Shown: in pieces, positions 1 to 10,405 of the stretch
Position numbering within the stretch: position 1 is the stretch's first letter
Layout: each line of letters starts with the position of its first letter
Source: Rhina ancylostomus
Lineage: Eukaryota
Direction: 5' to 3'
DNA length: 64,000 nucleotides
Assembly (NCBI GenBank): GCA_030265395.1
Contig: JARFYF010000060.1
Span: 14,007,948 to 14,071,947 of the forward strand
Notes under the pieces: model-generated
What the model was told of the DNA's origin: nothing
Databases searched by the model: none
Seen by the model: only the letters and a program-made list of their open reading frames with translations
Made by a program: the position numbers and the translations under genes

Positions 1-17
1 GGTTTCTACTTTTTTAG

Positions 18-164
18 CGTGCGTGTCATTGTGGATGATGAGAAGAATTTCCAAATGCTGAATCACAAGTTTCAGGAAAGTACACCTGACTCCTTCATCC
101 TGATGGAGTCCGCACTGCAGGATACTTACAGTTCAAAACACTGCAAAGAGGGATGGATCCTTTG
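18..164 (+). CDS. Putative internal coding exon of an unidentified plus-strand gene (147 nt, phase 2/2)
   Basis: Acceptor ctacttttttAG (AG at 16-17) and donor TG|GTAAAT at 165. One frame is open throughout: VRVIVDDEKNFQMLNHKFQESTPDSFILMESALQDTYSSKHCKEGWIL. Protein not recognised. Confidence 0.6.
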
Positions 165-379
165 GTAAATGCTACCCACACCAATCACTTTCTAATGGTA
201 GCAGACAAGGGTAGATATGATGAAGGCCACACAAGGATTGTGAGTGGAGTAGAAACCACCATAGTCTCCTGAAGATAAGAGATTGTTGTCCCCAGCAGTC
301 TGGGCACATTGCAACACACAGCGAGCAAGATGTGGAGTCTCCAATTTCTGCACAACTTTGCCATTCAGAGACTGTAGGT

Positions 380-757
380 GCCATGAGAGATGATCTTATA
401 GAAGTATATAAAATGATGAGGGGCATAGATTGGGTGAATGCACTCTGCCTTTTTCCCAGGGCTGGGGAATCAAGAACTAGGGGGGACGGGTTTAAGGTGA
501 GGGGGGAAAGATTTAATATGGACTTAGGGGCAACTCTCTTTTTACAGAGGAGTATATATATGAATGAGCTGCCAGAAGAAGTGGTTGAGGTAGGTACAAC
601 AACAACTTTTAAAATACAGTTATACAGGTACATGGATAGGAAAGATTTTGAATGATATGGGCCAAATGTAAGCAGATGAGAATAGCTTGGATGAGCATCT
701 TAATTGGCATGGGCCAGCTGGGCTGAAGGTCCTGTTTCCGTACTCCATGATTCTATA
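380..757 (+). mobile_element. CR1 LINE 3' fragment (ORF2 C-terminus plus 3'UTR)
   Basis: MRDDLIEVYKMMRGIDWVNALCLFPRAGESRTRGDGFKVRGERF matches the CR1 ORF2 end (LRGDLIEVYKIMRG..RTRGH); typical tail gggctgaaggtcctgtttcc...attctat. Confidence 0.85.
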
Positions 758-1079
758 ACAAAGGGACTCTGAGATGGATGGGTATGAGGGGGAGTCTAGG
801 GAGCAGCAGGAGGAAGAAGAATGTTACTCGGAGATATTGTTGTATTAGCATCCACAGGCTCACCTCCCAGATGAGCAGAGGAGGCAGCTATTGGGATTCC
901 TAACCTGGAAAGGATTGTCACAAGAGTCTATGAAATAAAATTTCCCAATGTAGGTGAAGTCCCCCACTCCACACTACTGTCTTTACTGCCAACTTTGTAC
1001 AAAAATAATCAGCCAGGAGAGGCTAGTTGACACATAAAAATCCCCTCAGGTCCAACTGGGCAGGTTCACCCTTGTTGCA

Positions 1080-1366
1080 AACAACACTTTCAAGAACAGC
1101 TACTTCCTTTCAACCATTCTGTTCTTATACCAACCTGCACAACCCTAATCACTACCATATAGCTACACTGTGGCCACTTTGCACTTCAATGGAATTTTTG
1201 TGTTCTTTCTTGTAAAAATGATGTATAATTTATGTTTAATTTATGCTTTTCTTGTGAATGTTGTGTATCTGATGCTAAGTGCCTGTGATGCTGCTGCTAC
1301 AAGTTTTTCATTGCACCCGTGCATACATGTACTTGTGCAGATGACAATAAACTTGACCTTGACTTT
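1080..1366 (+). mobile_element. Rex1/Babar-like non-LTR retrotransposon 3' end
   Basis: TFKNSYFLSTILFL resembles the TRFKNSFFPSTIRLLN end of ORF2. The 3'UTR (gcctgtgatgctgctgc...gtgcagatgacaataaacttgac) recurs at 40105-40272. Confidence 0.6.
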
Positions 1367-1399
1367 AAATAAATCCTAACCCCATCATGTAAATGATAT

Positions 1400-1600
1400 C
1401 CACATAAATTCAAGCATTGTTTGCATACTGCTGCTCGACTTCTGAGGTTTCAGTGACCTTAGTTCTGGAGTGAAGCTCATGTAGGTTGAACGATTTGCCA
1501 TTAGTTCCACTCCAGTGGGAAGTTTATTGGCAGTGAGGTGTGAGAAACTTTGATGAAATTTTGAGACGTTGACACAGTCTTGCCTGATACTGGTCTGCAC
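1400..1600 (-). mobile_element. Degenerate RTE-clade reverse transcriptase fragment
   Basis: Minus-strand, frameshifted pieces VQTSIRQDCV (~TGVKQGCV), LTANKLPTGVEL, NGKSFNL and EVEQQYANNA (~ELQYADDA), in RTE RT order. Confidence 0.65.
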
Positions 1601-1981
1601 TGAGATTAGCTCTGTTGCAGACCCATGGTTAGGATTACAGCTTCCATGCCATCATGAAACAAGAGTAAGAGGGAGAAAAATTTGAGGAGGATGTCTCACA
1701 ATCTCTCCCAAGTAACAGAAGCAAAGTCTTTAGTAAGATTGGAAAAGGTCACATATAGTGGTTGGTAATGCTTTCTGCATTCCTCTTGGAGTTGTCATGT
1801 AGTGAAAATTACGTCCATTGTGCATCTAGATGTATGGAATCCACATTGCTACACAGCTAAGTGTCACCAGTTGTATTCAATTAATGCTGATCCCATCAGT
1901 AACCACGTGAGTCCTGTTTTAGCACATGTTTCTGGATAGAAACCACTCTGATGTTTTTCTGACCAATTTTATTTTTTGCAG

Positions 1982-2003
1982 GGTGCCCAATAGAGTGCAA
2001 ATG
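1982..2003 (+). CDS. Candidate 22-nt exon continuing the 18-164 exon
   Basis: Acceptor ttttattttttgcAG and donor ATG|GTAAAT. The phase fits 18-164, giving ...GWIL-W-VPNRVQM. Confidence 0.3.
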
Positions 2004-2134
2004 GTAAATGCAATGATATTTTAATGCAACCAAAATTGGGACAATGCAATTTCTAGGCATATGTTTTCGGTCCTGCTGTTTCTGATGATAGGTTCAGAAG
2101 CTTTCTCAAAAATTATGTTAATGACTAAAGTTAC

Positions 2135-2188
2135 CTGCTGTTGCCAGTTTCAATAACCTGCAGCTTCTGTTACAAATTGTAAATGTTT
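2135..2188 (-). CDS. Candidate minus-strand exon (54 nt, phase 1/1)
   Basis: Acceptor gtctgtttcacAG and donor CAG|GTAACT. The only open frame is (E)TFTICNRSCRLLKLATA, phase-compatible with 2352-2481. Confidence 0.35.
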
Positions 2189-2351
2189 CTGTGAAACAGA
2201 CTTGCTTATTTGAGTTACATTACACTGCAAAGTCATGCGCAAAATAAAGCATTAAGTGATTATTTGAGATTGCTTCTATTCAGTGTGTGTCTTGTCAGTA
2301 TTGATTGATGACCTGCCATTCTTTGTCTCAATAACTTCCATTTATTCTTAC

Positions 2352-2481
2352 CTGCAGTGTCTGCTGACCATGAAAGAGGAATCAGCACCACAAATAGCAA
2401 CATGCACTCCCATTGAAGTAAAATATAAGGTTCTTGAAAAGATGCAATGCCTGGCAGATGTACAAAAATATAACATACGTC
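2352..2481 (-). CDS. Candidate minus-strand exon (130 nt)
   Basis: Strong acceptor cttttgtctgttttgacAG and donor CAG|GTAAGA. Frame 0 reads DVCYIFVHLPGIASFQEPYILLQWECMLLFVVLIPLSWSADTA; a second frame is also open. Confidence 0.4.
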
Positions 2482-3404
2482 CTGTCAAAACAGACAAAAG
2501 AGCCTCATGTAAATATGCTAAGTACTCACACATTAATATCACACAAAGCGATTACAAGACCTCAGGGAATTTTGGAACATGCAATATTTTAAATATTTAT
2601 GCTGACAAGAAAATAATATTCTGTCTGATGTTTGGAATGTAAAAATAGTGTGACCACTCTAGCACTTAAAAACCTCATCAATTGCTATTTTGTCCCTAAT
2701 ATTAAAACAAAATCATTGAGCTTATTTTTATTCAGCTGCTAGTTTAAATTGTTGACCAACTCATCTTTCTGGTGACTGCGCAACCAGACTGAATAGAACT
2801 TTAACAGGGAGCACTACCTGGGTGATGAAAGTTGAGCAGGACAGGTTTGTCATCTAAGAAATAGGCTCTGGTTGATAGTAAATGCAGTTGATGGTTTTGA
2901 AAGATACCATGTTTTCATCCCAACAGCTTGGACTAAGTGAGGAAGAGATGACTGTCACTCCACTCAGGCTATAGGGAGCCCAATCCATATTTTTAAAGAA
3001 GGATTCACTGCCTTTGGACAGGCATCTTAATTGCCTGAAATATTGCAGTTGACAAGCTCTGTATAGATAATTATCTCCTACCACTCCATCAATTCCTTCT
3101 GCTCCCCTCCCCAAGCTCACCAGCTTTGTGTGGATCTGGGGGACTTAAAATCAACTCCTCTGAAGTTACAATTCCAATAAAATCTTGATAATTCTGCACT
3201 TCTGTGTCTTGGACGTAACTGACAATTTGCTGTATAGGGCAGGCTCTAATCGGGCTATTCACTGCAATGTTAATCTAACCAACCCTAAACACTTCAGTTT
3301 CATGGGTTGTTAGGTATCCTTGTGGAAGTCAATGGCAAAGTCACAAATGGGCTTGAATCCAAATTTTATACTGTGGTGATGGAATTGGTCAAGAGACAGA
3401 AAAA

Positions 3405-3523
3405 TAATGTCTGCTGGAAATCGAAAAATAACATAGAAAATTTCGGAAATGCTCAACAAGTCAGGCAGAATTTGCTGGGAGTAAAACTAAATTACGCTTC
3501 AGGTCATTGACTTTTGGTCAGAA
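3405..3523. mobile_element. Single arm of Penelope-terminus-like repeat (degenerate)
   Basis: tgctggaaatc...ggaaatgctcaacaagtcaggcag...ttcaggtcattgac, homologous to the copies at 15510 and 51500. Confidence 0.5.
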
Positions 3524-4093
3524 AAATATGTTTCAGTTATTGTGTTAGAATTCCAATCAATCTTACCAACACAGAGGTTATATGTGAAACTTTTCTATGA
3601 ATAGAGCTATCGTAAGCTTTGGGAAAATTGTACTAGCCCAATAGGCCAGGCCTTAAAGACAGCTGGCTAAGGCAATAAAAATAGCAGTGTATTCTCCATG
3701 AGTTGCATTTTCTTTGGTTATTGGCATCCTTTAGTCACTGCTTATTATTAACTTTGACTGAGTGTTTTAAGTGCAACTGGACAATTCCTAGTCCAAGCTG
3801 TATACTTTAATCTTTTTTTCCCTTTCCTTCCTCCCTGCATTTCTTCAGAAGGTGCATACTACTGCCTGAGATGTGTCTTCAGCCCCTTCCCAGTATCTTG
3901 CCTGGATTATGAGTTGTGCCTGCTCTGAGACGAAAATGGTCTGGTTCTGTGTCTAATGTAAAACCTGTCTCTGACTCTTGTGAATAGGAATACAGACCGG
4001 ATTCACTCTTTTCATTAGCTGAGTCATTCATGGCAGTACAAGTTGGTATTGTGTTGCCCCTAGATTCATAAATGTGTCTAGTTGCAACAAAGA

Positions 4094-4156
4094 GTGACCT
4101 GGTGGTTCAACAGTTACTCATGCTGCTTCATGGCTCCAGGGACCCAGGTTCAATCT
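4094..4156 (+). mobile_element. HE1-like SINE 5' (tRNA-derived) fragment
   Basis: tggtggttcaacagtt...gctccagggacccaggttcaatc matches the head of the SINE at 60578-60818. Confidence 0.5.
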
Positions 4157-4194
4157 GTGTGTCTGTGTGGATCTGTAGTTAGTAAGTTGACAGG

Positions 4195-4940
4195 TGTAAG
4201 AGTTGGGATATCATGTTACAGTTGTACCAAATGTTGGTTAGGTCTCACTTTGGAGCTTTGTATGCAGTTCTGGTTGCCATGTTACAGGAAAGATGTGATT
4301 AAGCTAGAGAAGGTTTTGGATTGGATCTTTGGATTGGAGGGTTCAGTTACAAAGANNNNNNNNNNNNNNNNNNNNNNNNNNNNNNNNNNNNNNNNNNNNN
4401 CAAAGAGAGATTAGAAATTATGAGAGGCATAGATAGGGTAGATAGCCAGAGTCTGTTTTCCATAACAGAGCTGTCTAAAACTAAAGGGCATAGAGTTAAG
4501 GTGAGATGGAGGAAGTTTAAAGGGGATCTGAGGGGTAAATTTTTCACACAAATAGTAGTTGGCATCTGTAATGAGCTGCCAGAGGTGATGTTGAGGGCAG
4601 GAAACAGTGACATTTAAGAGGCAGAAACAAAGGACTGCAGATGCTGGAATCTAGATGAAAGACAATAATGCTGGAGGAACTCAGCTGGCCAGGCAGCATC
4701 CGTGGAGAAAACAAAGCAATCAATGGATCTCCACAGCTGCTGCCTGCTCTGCTGCGTTCCTCCAGCATTAACGTGTTTTTCACATTTAAGAGGCATCTGG
4801 ATAGGTACTTGAATGAGAAAGTCAAAAGAGGGATATGGACCTAATGCAGGTAAATTGGATTGTTGTAGACAGGCATGATAGTTGTCATGGACACGAGGCT
4901 GAAAGGCCTGATTCTGTGCTGTACAACTCTAAGACTCTAT
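4195..4940 (+). mobile_element. CR1 LINE 3' fragment, interrupted by a fold-back insertion and an N gap
   Basis: LELCMQFWLPCYRKDVIKLEKV and IMRGIDRVDSQSLF..KTKGHRVKVRWRKFKGDLRGKFFTQ, followed by a CR1 tail ending ctctaagactctat. Confidence 0.85.
4624..4781. mobile_element. Short fold-back (Penelope-terminus-like) insertion with 14-bp target-site duplication
   Basis: ACATTTAAGAGGCA at 4610-4623 and 4782-4795. Internal inverted arms 4666-4708 and 4728-4770 are complementary at 37/43 positions. Confidence 0.8.
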
Positions 4941-5299
4941 AACAGATAACGAGCATTTAGTTCATAGTGAATGTGTGCCCATCCCTTTAAGTAATTGAAT
5001 CATGGCTTAATTTATCAATGTGTTATAATCAGTACAGTGGACTGCAAAGTATATTTGAAAGAATATTATGTGTATTATCTGGGCTACCCAGCTGATTATT
5101 GACGTGCTAATGATTGGGATGCAGAGAGGGCAATTTAATTAGCAATGGAAAGTGTACTTTTACAGGCTGCTTAGGAGGAGCATCTCTCTCTCTGGGAGCC
5201 CCTTACTGCCTTTCCAGTCAATTGCTCCCTCCTCTGCTCAGCAGGGAGATGAAGCTAATGGTGTTGGGCTTGCATGTCCCCCAATGGCCTTCATCATCC

Positions 5300-6490
5300 C
5301 CTGGTCTTCCTGCTGCTGGTCTGCTCCATGGCACTCCGGCTCAAGTTCTCCTTGCTCTTCTTCCTCCAGCACCAGCTGCTGTCTGTCCTTTGCAAGTTTG
5401 TATAGCATACAGCACATGATACAGAGGGCATAAACTGCAGGGGCACACCTACATTCAGGAAGACAACAGAATCTCATCTCAAGGAGACCAAGGCATTTCC
5501 CACCACCATCCCAGGACTCATGACTTTTATACATCCACCCAGCTGGTGTGAACCAATATGAGAAAATATATATGTGCAGGATAGCCTTTGTTCCCAGGAT
5601 ATACCCCTCAGGGCTCTGTTGTTCACTGAAAGTGTCTGACAACACAGATTCCCTCATAGAACAGTACAAATGCTCATTATCTGTTATAGAGTCATAGAGT
5701 TGTACAGCACAGCAAATGGCCCATGATGTTGTGCCAACCGAGTTAAACTAGTAATTAAAAGCCTAACTAAACTAATCCCTTCTATCTACTCAATGTCCAT
5801 ATCCCTACATTCTCTGCACACTCATATGCCTATCTAAGAGCCTCCTAAACACCTCTATTGTATTTGCCTCCACCAATACCCCTGGCAGTGTGGTGCATTC
5901 CAGGCACCCACCACTCTCTGTGTAAAAAAACATGCCCCGCACATCTCCTTTGAATTTACCCCTTCTCACCTTAAATGCATGCCCTCTAGTATTAGACACC
6001 TAAAGGGGTAAAGGAAACTTGGGAGCTGCAGGAAGCATGGTGTCCACCATCAAAAAATCCTTCTCATGATCCATTTGGGGACTGGAAACACTTTCTGTTG
6101 ATAGATCTGGTTTATTAACTGGAACCTTATGGGCATGTCAGTGCAGTCAAAAGGTTCCTGGAAGCCGATAATGTTGCCATATCCCAAGGCTTCAGATGCC
6201 ATTTGTTCCTCACTAAAATAAATGACAATGAAATCCTTCCTTCATTTCTCAACAGATTTCTGAACTTGCAGTTTAATGCTGCAGTGAGGGGCAAGTTGAG
6301 AAATCGGGGCATAGATCTGCTGCCACAACCTGGATTGAGCCAGTGCCAAGGAGTTGAGAGTCATTGTCATCTTGACCTCCAAAGAGCACATGTGAAGGTC
6401 ATCCTGCAGAATTTCACCTGTCTCTGTGATTAATTACGTTGAAAATCTGACCCTGTGGATACATTGCTCATCGGACATTCAGATACAATA
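5300..6490 (-). pseudogene. PIF/Harbinger (DDE_Tnp_4, HARBI1-like) transposase relic, split by a CR1 fragment
   Basis: Minus-strand motifs in the expected order with frameshifts: MSDEQCIHRVRFS (~6440-6480), GFQEPFDCTDMPIR (~GAIDCTHV, 6125-6166), INRKCFQS (~INRKGFHS, ~6080-6104), GLLEMRFCCL (~GLLKMRFRCL, 5460-5489), CCMLYKLA (~CCMLHNLA, 5391-5414), then an acidic tail. Confidence 0.75.
5686..5998 (-). mobile_element. CR1 LINE 3' fragment nested in the Harbinger relic
   Basis: SNTRGHAFKVRRGKFKGDVRGMFF...FRRLLDRHM; tail repeat atagagtcatagagt. Confidence 0.85.
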
Positions 6491-8423
6491 TGGTCTTGCT
6501 GGAGACCTTTGGGAATAAACCCTTTGCAAATGGGGTGTCTATATTGCTTGCCCCGAGGTCCCTGTGTCTCCCTGAGTGGCCAGTCACATCTAATCCAGAG
6601 CTTCCCATAATAAGGACTATTGAATGAATATCTCTGTAGCTAAATGGTGCAACAATCATTTCCTGTTAGTTATAGCACTCTGTGTGGAATTTGGAAGATG
6701 TTTTAACAACCTGCAATGAGGTCTGAAGTTGTCCATTCAGGTTTTCTAATGCCAAGCAGCTGTGCACCTCGTTCTCCTGACATTGATCCATGACTGCCAT
6801 TGTTCTGAGGTGCTCCGACTTATGTTGGTAAGGCTGAAGCTTGTCTTGCATGATGATTGACGTCATTCAGTGCCACCTGATGCTGGGAATCATCAGACAC
6901 ACTGATGCGGATCATACCTAGAAGTGTCCAGACCAATTACTTGAGGAACTTGAATTACCTGGAAATGATTACAAATGCGATTTATCCCGAGAAAAATATA
7001 TTATGGATTAGATGGTGCTGAAAAAAAGAGTGCTATGTGATTCAATTTCTGGGCTATGTTTAGAGCTACTTTGTTAGTACCAGAGGGAGAAGGGCAGAAC
7101 AAGGACAATTCCAGCGCTTTGTCTGGTAATGACACTTCATTGAAAATATAATTGACATGTCCACATTGTGAGGTAAGAAAAATAATTCAATATTGGACAT
7201 ATGGGCTCAAAACAAAACTTGTTTGCTGTGTGGTTGAAGTGATGAAAGCAGATTCATTTGTTGCTTTCAAAGGGGAAGTACAATAAAACTCTGAATACTA
7301 CGAATAATCTGCTATCCCATTGCTTGGGAATCATAGAATCAAAGAGCATAGGAACAGATCATTTGGCCCACCTTGTCCACACTGACCAGATGGTTCAGCA
7401 TTTGGTTCTCCGGGTGAACTTTCTCACACTCCATTTTAACCCAGAGAATGCTGTTTCCAGTACCCCCTTTAAAGTCACAGGGCCCCATTTCCTGCGCTTG
7501 CCTTAAATACACCATTGAAAAATACTGTGTAATATCTAAAAAGAAAGTGAATTAAAGTGTGTTGGGGTATTAATAGAAATATCATCCTATAATCCAGAAA
7601 ATCTGGCACCACCAATGTCCCAAGAGTGCGGGATTATCAGAGTCTTACTGTACGGTAATTGAGAGGGAAAACTTTGCAGGGTACAGGAAGCAAACAGGGC
7701 TGAGTAGATTGGCTTGATGGGCCAAATTGCCTCCTTCTCTGCTGAATAATTTAATGATTCTTTATTCTCCCATTCAAACTGGAGTTATTGCAAAAACCTG
7801 GTGTAAAATGTAAGTTGCTTTTTAATTTCTAAAATGGGAACCAAATGGTCTGGCTATTGCATGCTGTGATAACTAATGTGTTCGAGGGTTATCTGGGTCC
7901 CCCCATGGCTGCAGGGATAATTTATATTCACAAATGCACAGCGACTAGTATTGTTGCATAATTGTTTTCAGAAGCTGAATCAGTTTGTTGACCTTTAATT
8001 CTACACTTACTCTGTTGAAGCTGAGCTAGTTCGTTAATGGATTTCAGTAATTATCCAGAAATTACTTTCTGAATTTAGTCCTAAAGGAAGTACCAAATGT
8101 CAAAAATCTATCATAGTATCTTTGGAAGTAAGTTGACAGGAAACATTTGTTAATGGTTTTACTTTGCATAATGTCTTCTTCTTGTTGGTACAGAAACTTC
8201 TATTTTGTCCAATAATACAAAAAGGAATAAGTTTGAGAACAAGAGATAGAAATTTACCTTATTTAAATGTTAGGAGAAAATTCCAAACCAACAAGAATTA
8301 ACAAGGAAGGTAATTAACAAGGAGGGATTATTTTTGAGTGAAGGATGCCAGTAAGAATAGGAGCAGGTCTGGCCTATTTTGGCTGCACCTGTCAAGATGC
8401 TGCTAAATATCCCTGGAGATATT

Positions 8424-8542
8424 TGGAAGAGATGTTGGAATCTGGAGCAAAAAACAAAATGCGGGAGGAATTCAGTGGGACATGCAGCAATTGTGGAGTC
8501 AAGGGGATGGTCGATATTTCGGGTCAAGACCCTGCATATCTG
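8424..8542. mobile_element. Single arm of Penelope-terminus-like repeat
   Basis: gatgttggaatctggagcaaaaaacaaaatgcgggaggaattcagtggg...tttcgggtcaagaccctgca, homologous to 23715-23938. Confidence 0.6.
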
Positions 8543-8591
8543 GAGGTCTTGGCACATTCACATGGAAAGACATGGGCACCCATCTTTTCAG

Positions 8592-8694
8592 TTACTGGAT
8601 CAACAGAATGGCAGATGTATGGGCGGTCCATGTGATTTAACAACACCATCAAGAGTAGGGACAGTACCAGGCAGCTGTTATGTTGCACTTTCTT
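8592..8694 (+). CDS. Candidate plus-strand exon (103 nt, phase 0/1)
   Basis: Acceptor catcttttcAG and donor TT|GTAAGT. Only frame 0 is open: LLDQQNGRCMGGPCDLTTPSRVGTVPGSCYVALS. Confidence 0.3.
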
Positions 8695-9109
8695 GTAAGT
8701 AATGGATACAAATTTATGGATTAGTGCAGAGAGAACATCCTTCCCCACAACTACTTTATGTACCTAATTCTCAGTGTGAAATACGGGGTCAATTGCTGGA
8801 TTACACTGTCACACGCAAACCTGCATTGCTTTTAGTCTCTCCATTTCTGTTATCTTCATTCAACCTTGAAGAGCAAAATGCCTTTTAAAGTTGAAGCTTT
8901 CTAAATGTTCATCTGTATGTTATATATACTTTCAAATTCCATATTTTAAATGCCTCTTACAGATTATAATCATTGTTAACTCAGTCTGAGTTTACACTAG
9001 AAATTATCTTTAATTGTATCTTTAACTGTGACTGCAGAATTGTTATTTGTGCTTAACATTCTGGTGGATGTTAAATCAGTTATAAGTCACCTAAAAGGAA
9101 AGATGTTCC

Positions 9110-9387
9110 AAAGTGCAGTAACTCATGTATTGTAGGAAAATCAGCAGCCAGGTTTTCTAAGGTTCCATGTGCAATAAGATAATGGCCAGATAATTTGTTA
9201 GCTGAGGGATAAATATTGGTCAGGACATTGGGGAGAACTCCTCTCCTCTTCTTTTGAAGGCAGATAGGGCTTTGTTCTCACATCTCACTCAAAAGTTGGC
9301 ACTTCTGCCAGCAGAGTACTCATGCAACATTACACTGAGGAGTTATCCTGGATAATGTACTCAGGCCTCTATAGAAGGACTTGAACA
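9110..9387 (-). mobile_element. Deu-domain SINE (SacSINE1/AmnSINE1-related), degenerate
   Basis: gggataaatattggtcaggacattggggagaactcc...ggcagatagggc...catctcactcaaaagttggcacttctgccagc...ggacttgaac resembles the remembered Deu core in reverse orientation. Confidence 0.55.
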
Positions 9388-10074
9388 AATGGAATGGATT
9401 AAGGGGATGAGATTAAATTGAAACATGGATCCAGGAAGTCACAAATTGGAAGAGACCCATACCCAATGGAAAGTGCTTATAAAGATAACAATGGCCATTA
9501 AGGCCTATGGTTTACCATAATGATATGACAAACAGATAGAGATATCTAAGCAGAACTTAATTGTCTTGTTATCTCCAAATGGAATGTTTTTTTAAGATTA
9601 AAAGGAGTCATAGGCCTGCATGAATGTAGGGAGAGCTGGTGGCTTTGGAAACATGACTTCTGATAATTACCTTTGAAGGAGTATGACACTGATTGGTTGA
9701 ATCAAAGGAGTGTTTTTTTGATTGGACACTGATCAAGGACAAAGGTCTCATCTCTGGTTGATCAAAAGGTAATTGTTAATTATTTAGAGATCAGTCAAGA
9801 AAATGCTCATGTATGATGTGTAAACTTAGAATTGATTGATTCAGTTCACAATATGTTAAGAGTCTAATAATCACTGTATGTGTTGTGATATTTAAGAATT
9901 CTGTATCTGGGTAACACCCTTGCATATTCTTGAATAATCTGATAGACAAAGGAACTTGAACTTCAACTGATTATTCTGGGTTGCACAAATTGATATTCAT
10001 GATTTGCAATGTCATCGGAGGAGGTTAGAGTTTATTCTAGTTCCGTTGTGTGTGAGTATGCTGGTGTAACGGTT

Positions 10075-10405
10075 GCTACTGGGCTAGGAGCAGGGTTCTG
10101 GGGTATTGATTCGGAGACAGAAATTCAATGCTACTATTGGCAGCTGTGGAATTTAAATGAAAAATAATTCAATAAAAATTTTGAAGTTTCAGCATCAGTA
10201 ACCGTGAAGTTACCAGATTGTTGTTTAAAAAAACTAAATGCCCTTCAGGGACAGAGAGCTGCTGTTCTTACCTGGTTTGACCTTTATGTGACCCATTGAT
10301 CTGGTTGACTCTTACCTGCCTCCTTCTATCAGAGGCAAATTAGGATGGAGAATAAATGCTGGGATTGCTAGTAACGTCTACGATCCACGAATGAATTAAT
10401 AATAA
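10075..10405 (+). mobile_element. LF-SINE-like element
   Basis: ggcagctgtggaatttaaat...gtgaagttaccagattgttg...cttacctggtttgacctttatgtgac...ggttgactctt...ggcaaattaggatgg...aataaatgctgg. A reverse copy lies at 38885-39200. Confidence 0.55.

Noticed and set aside
172-655. 153-aa and 107-aa ORFs as host genes
   Set aside because: They are the antisense and sense readings of a CR1 ORF2 C-terminus.
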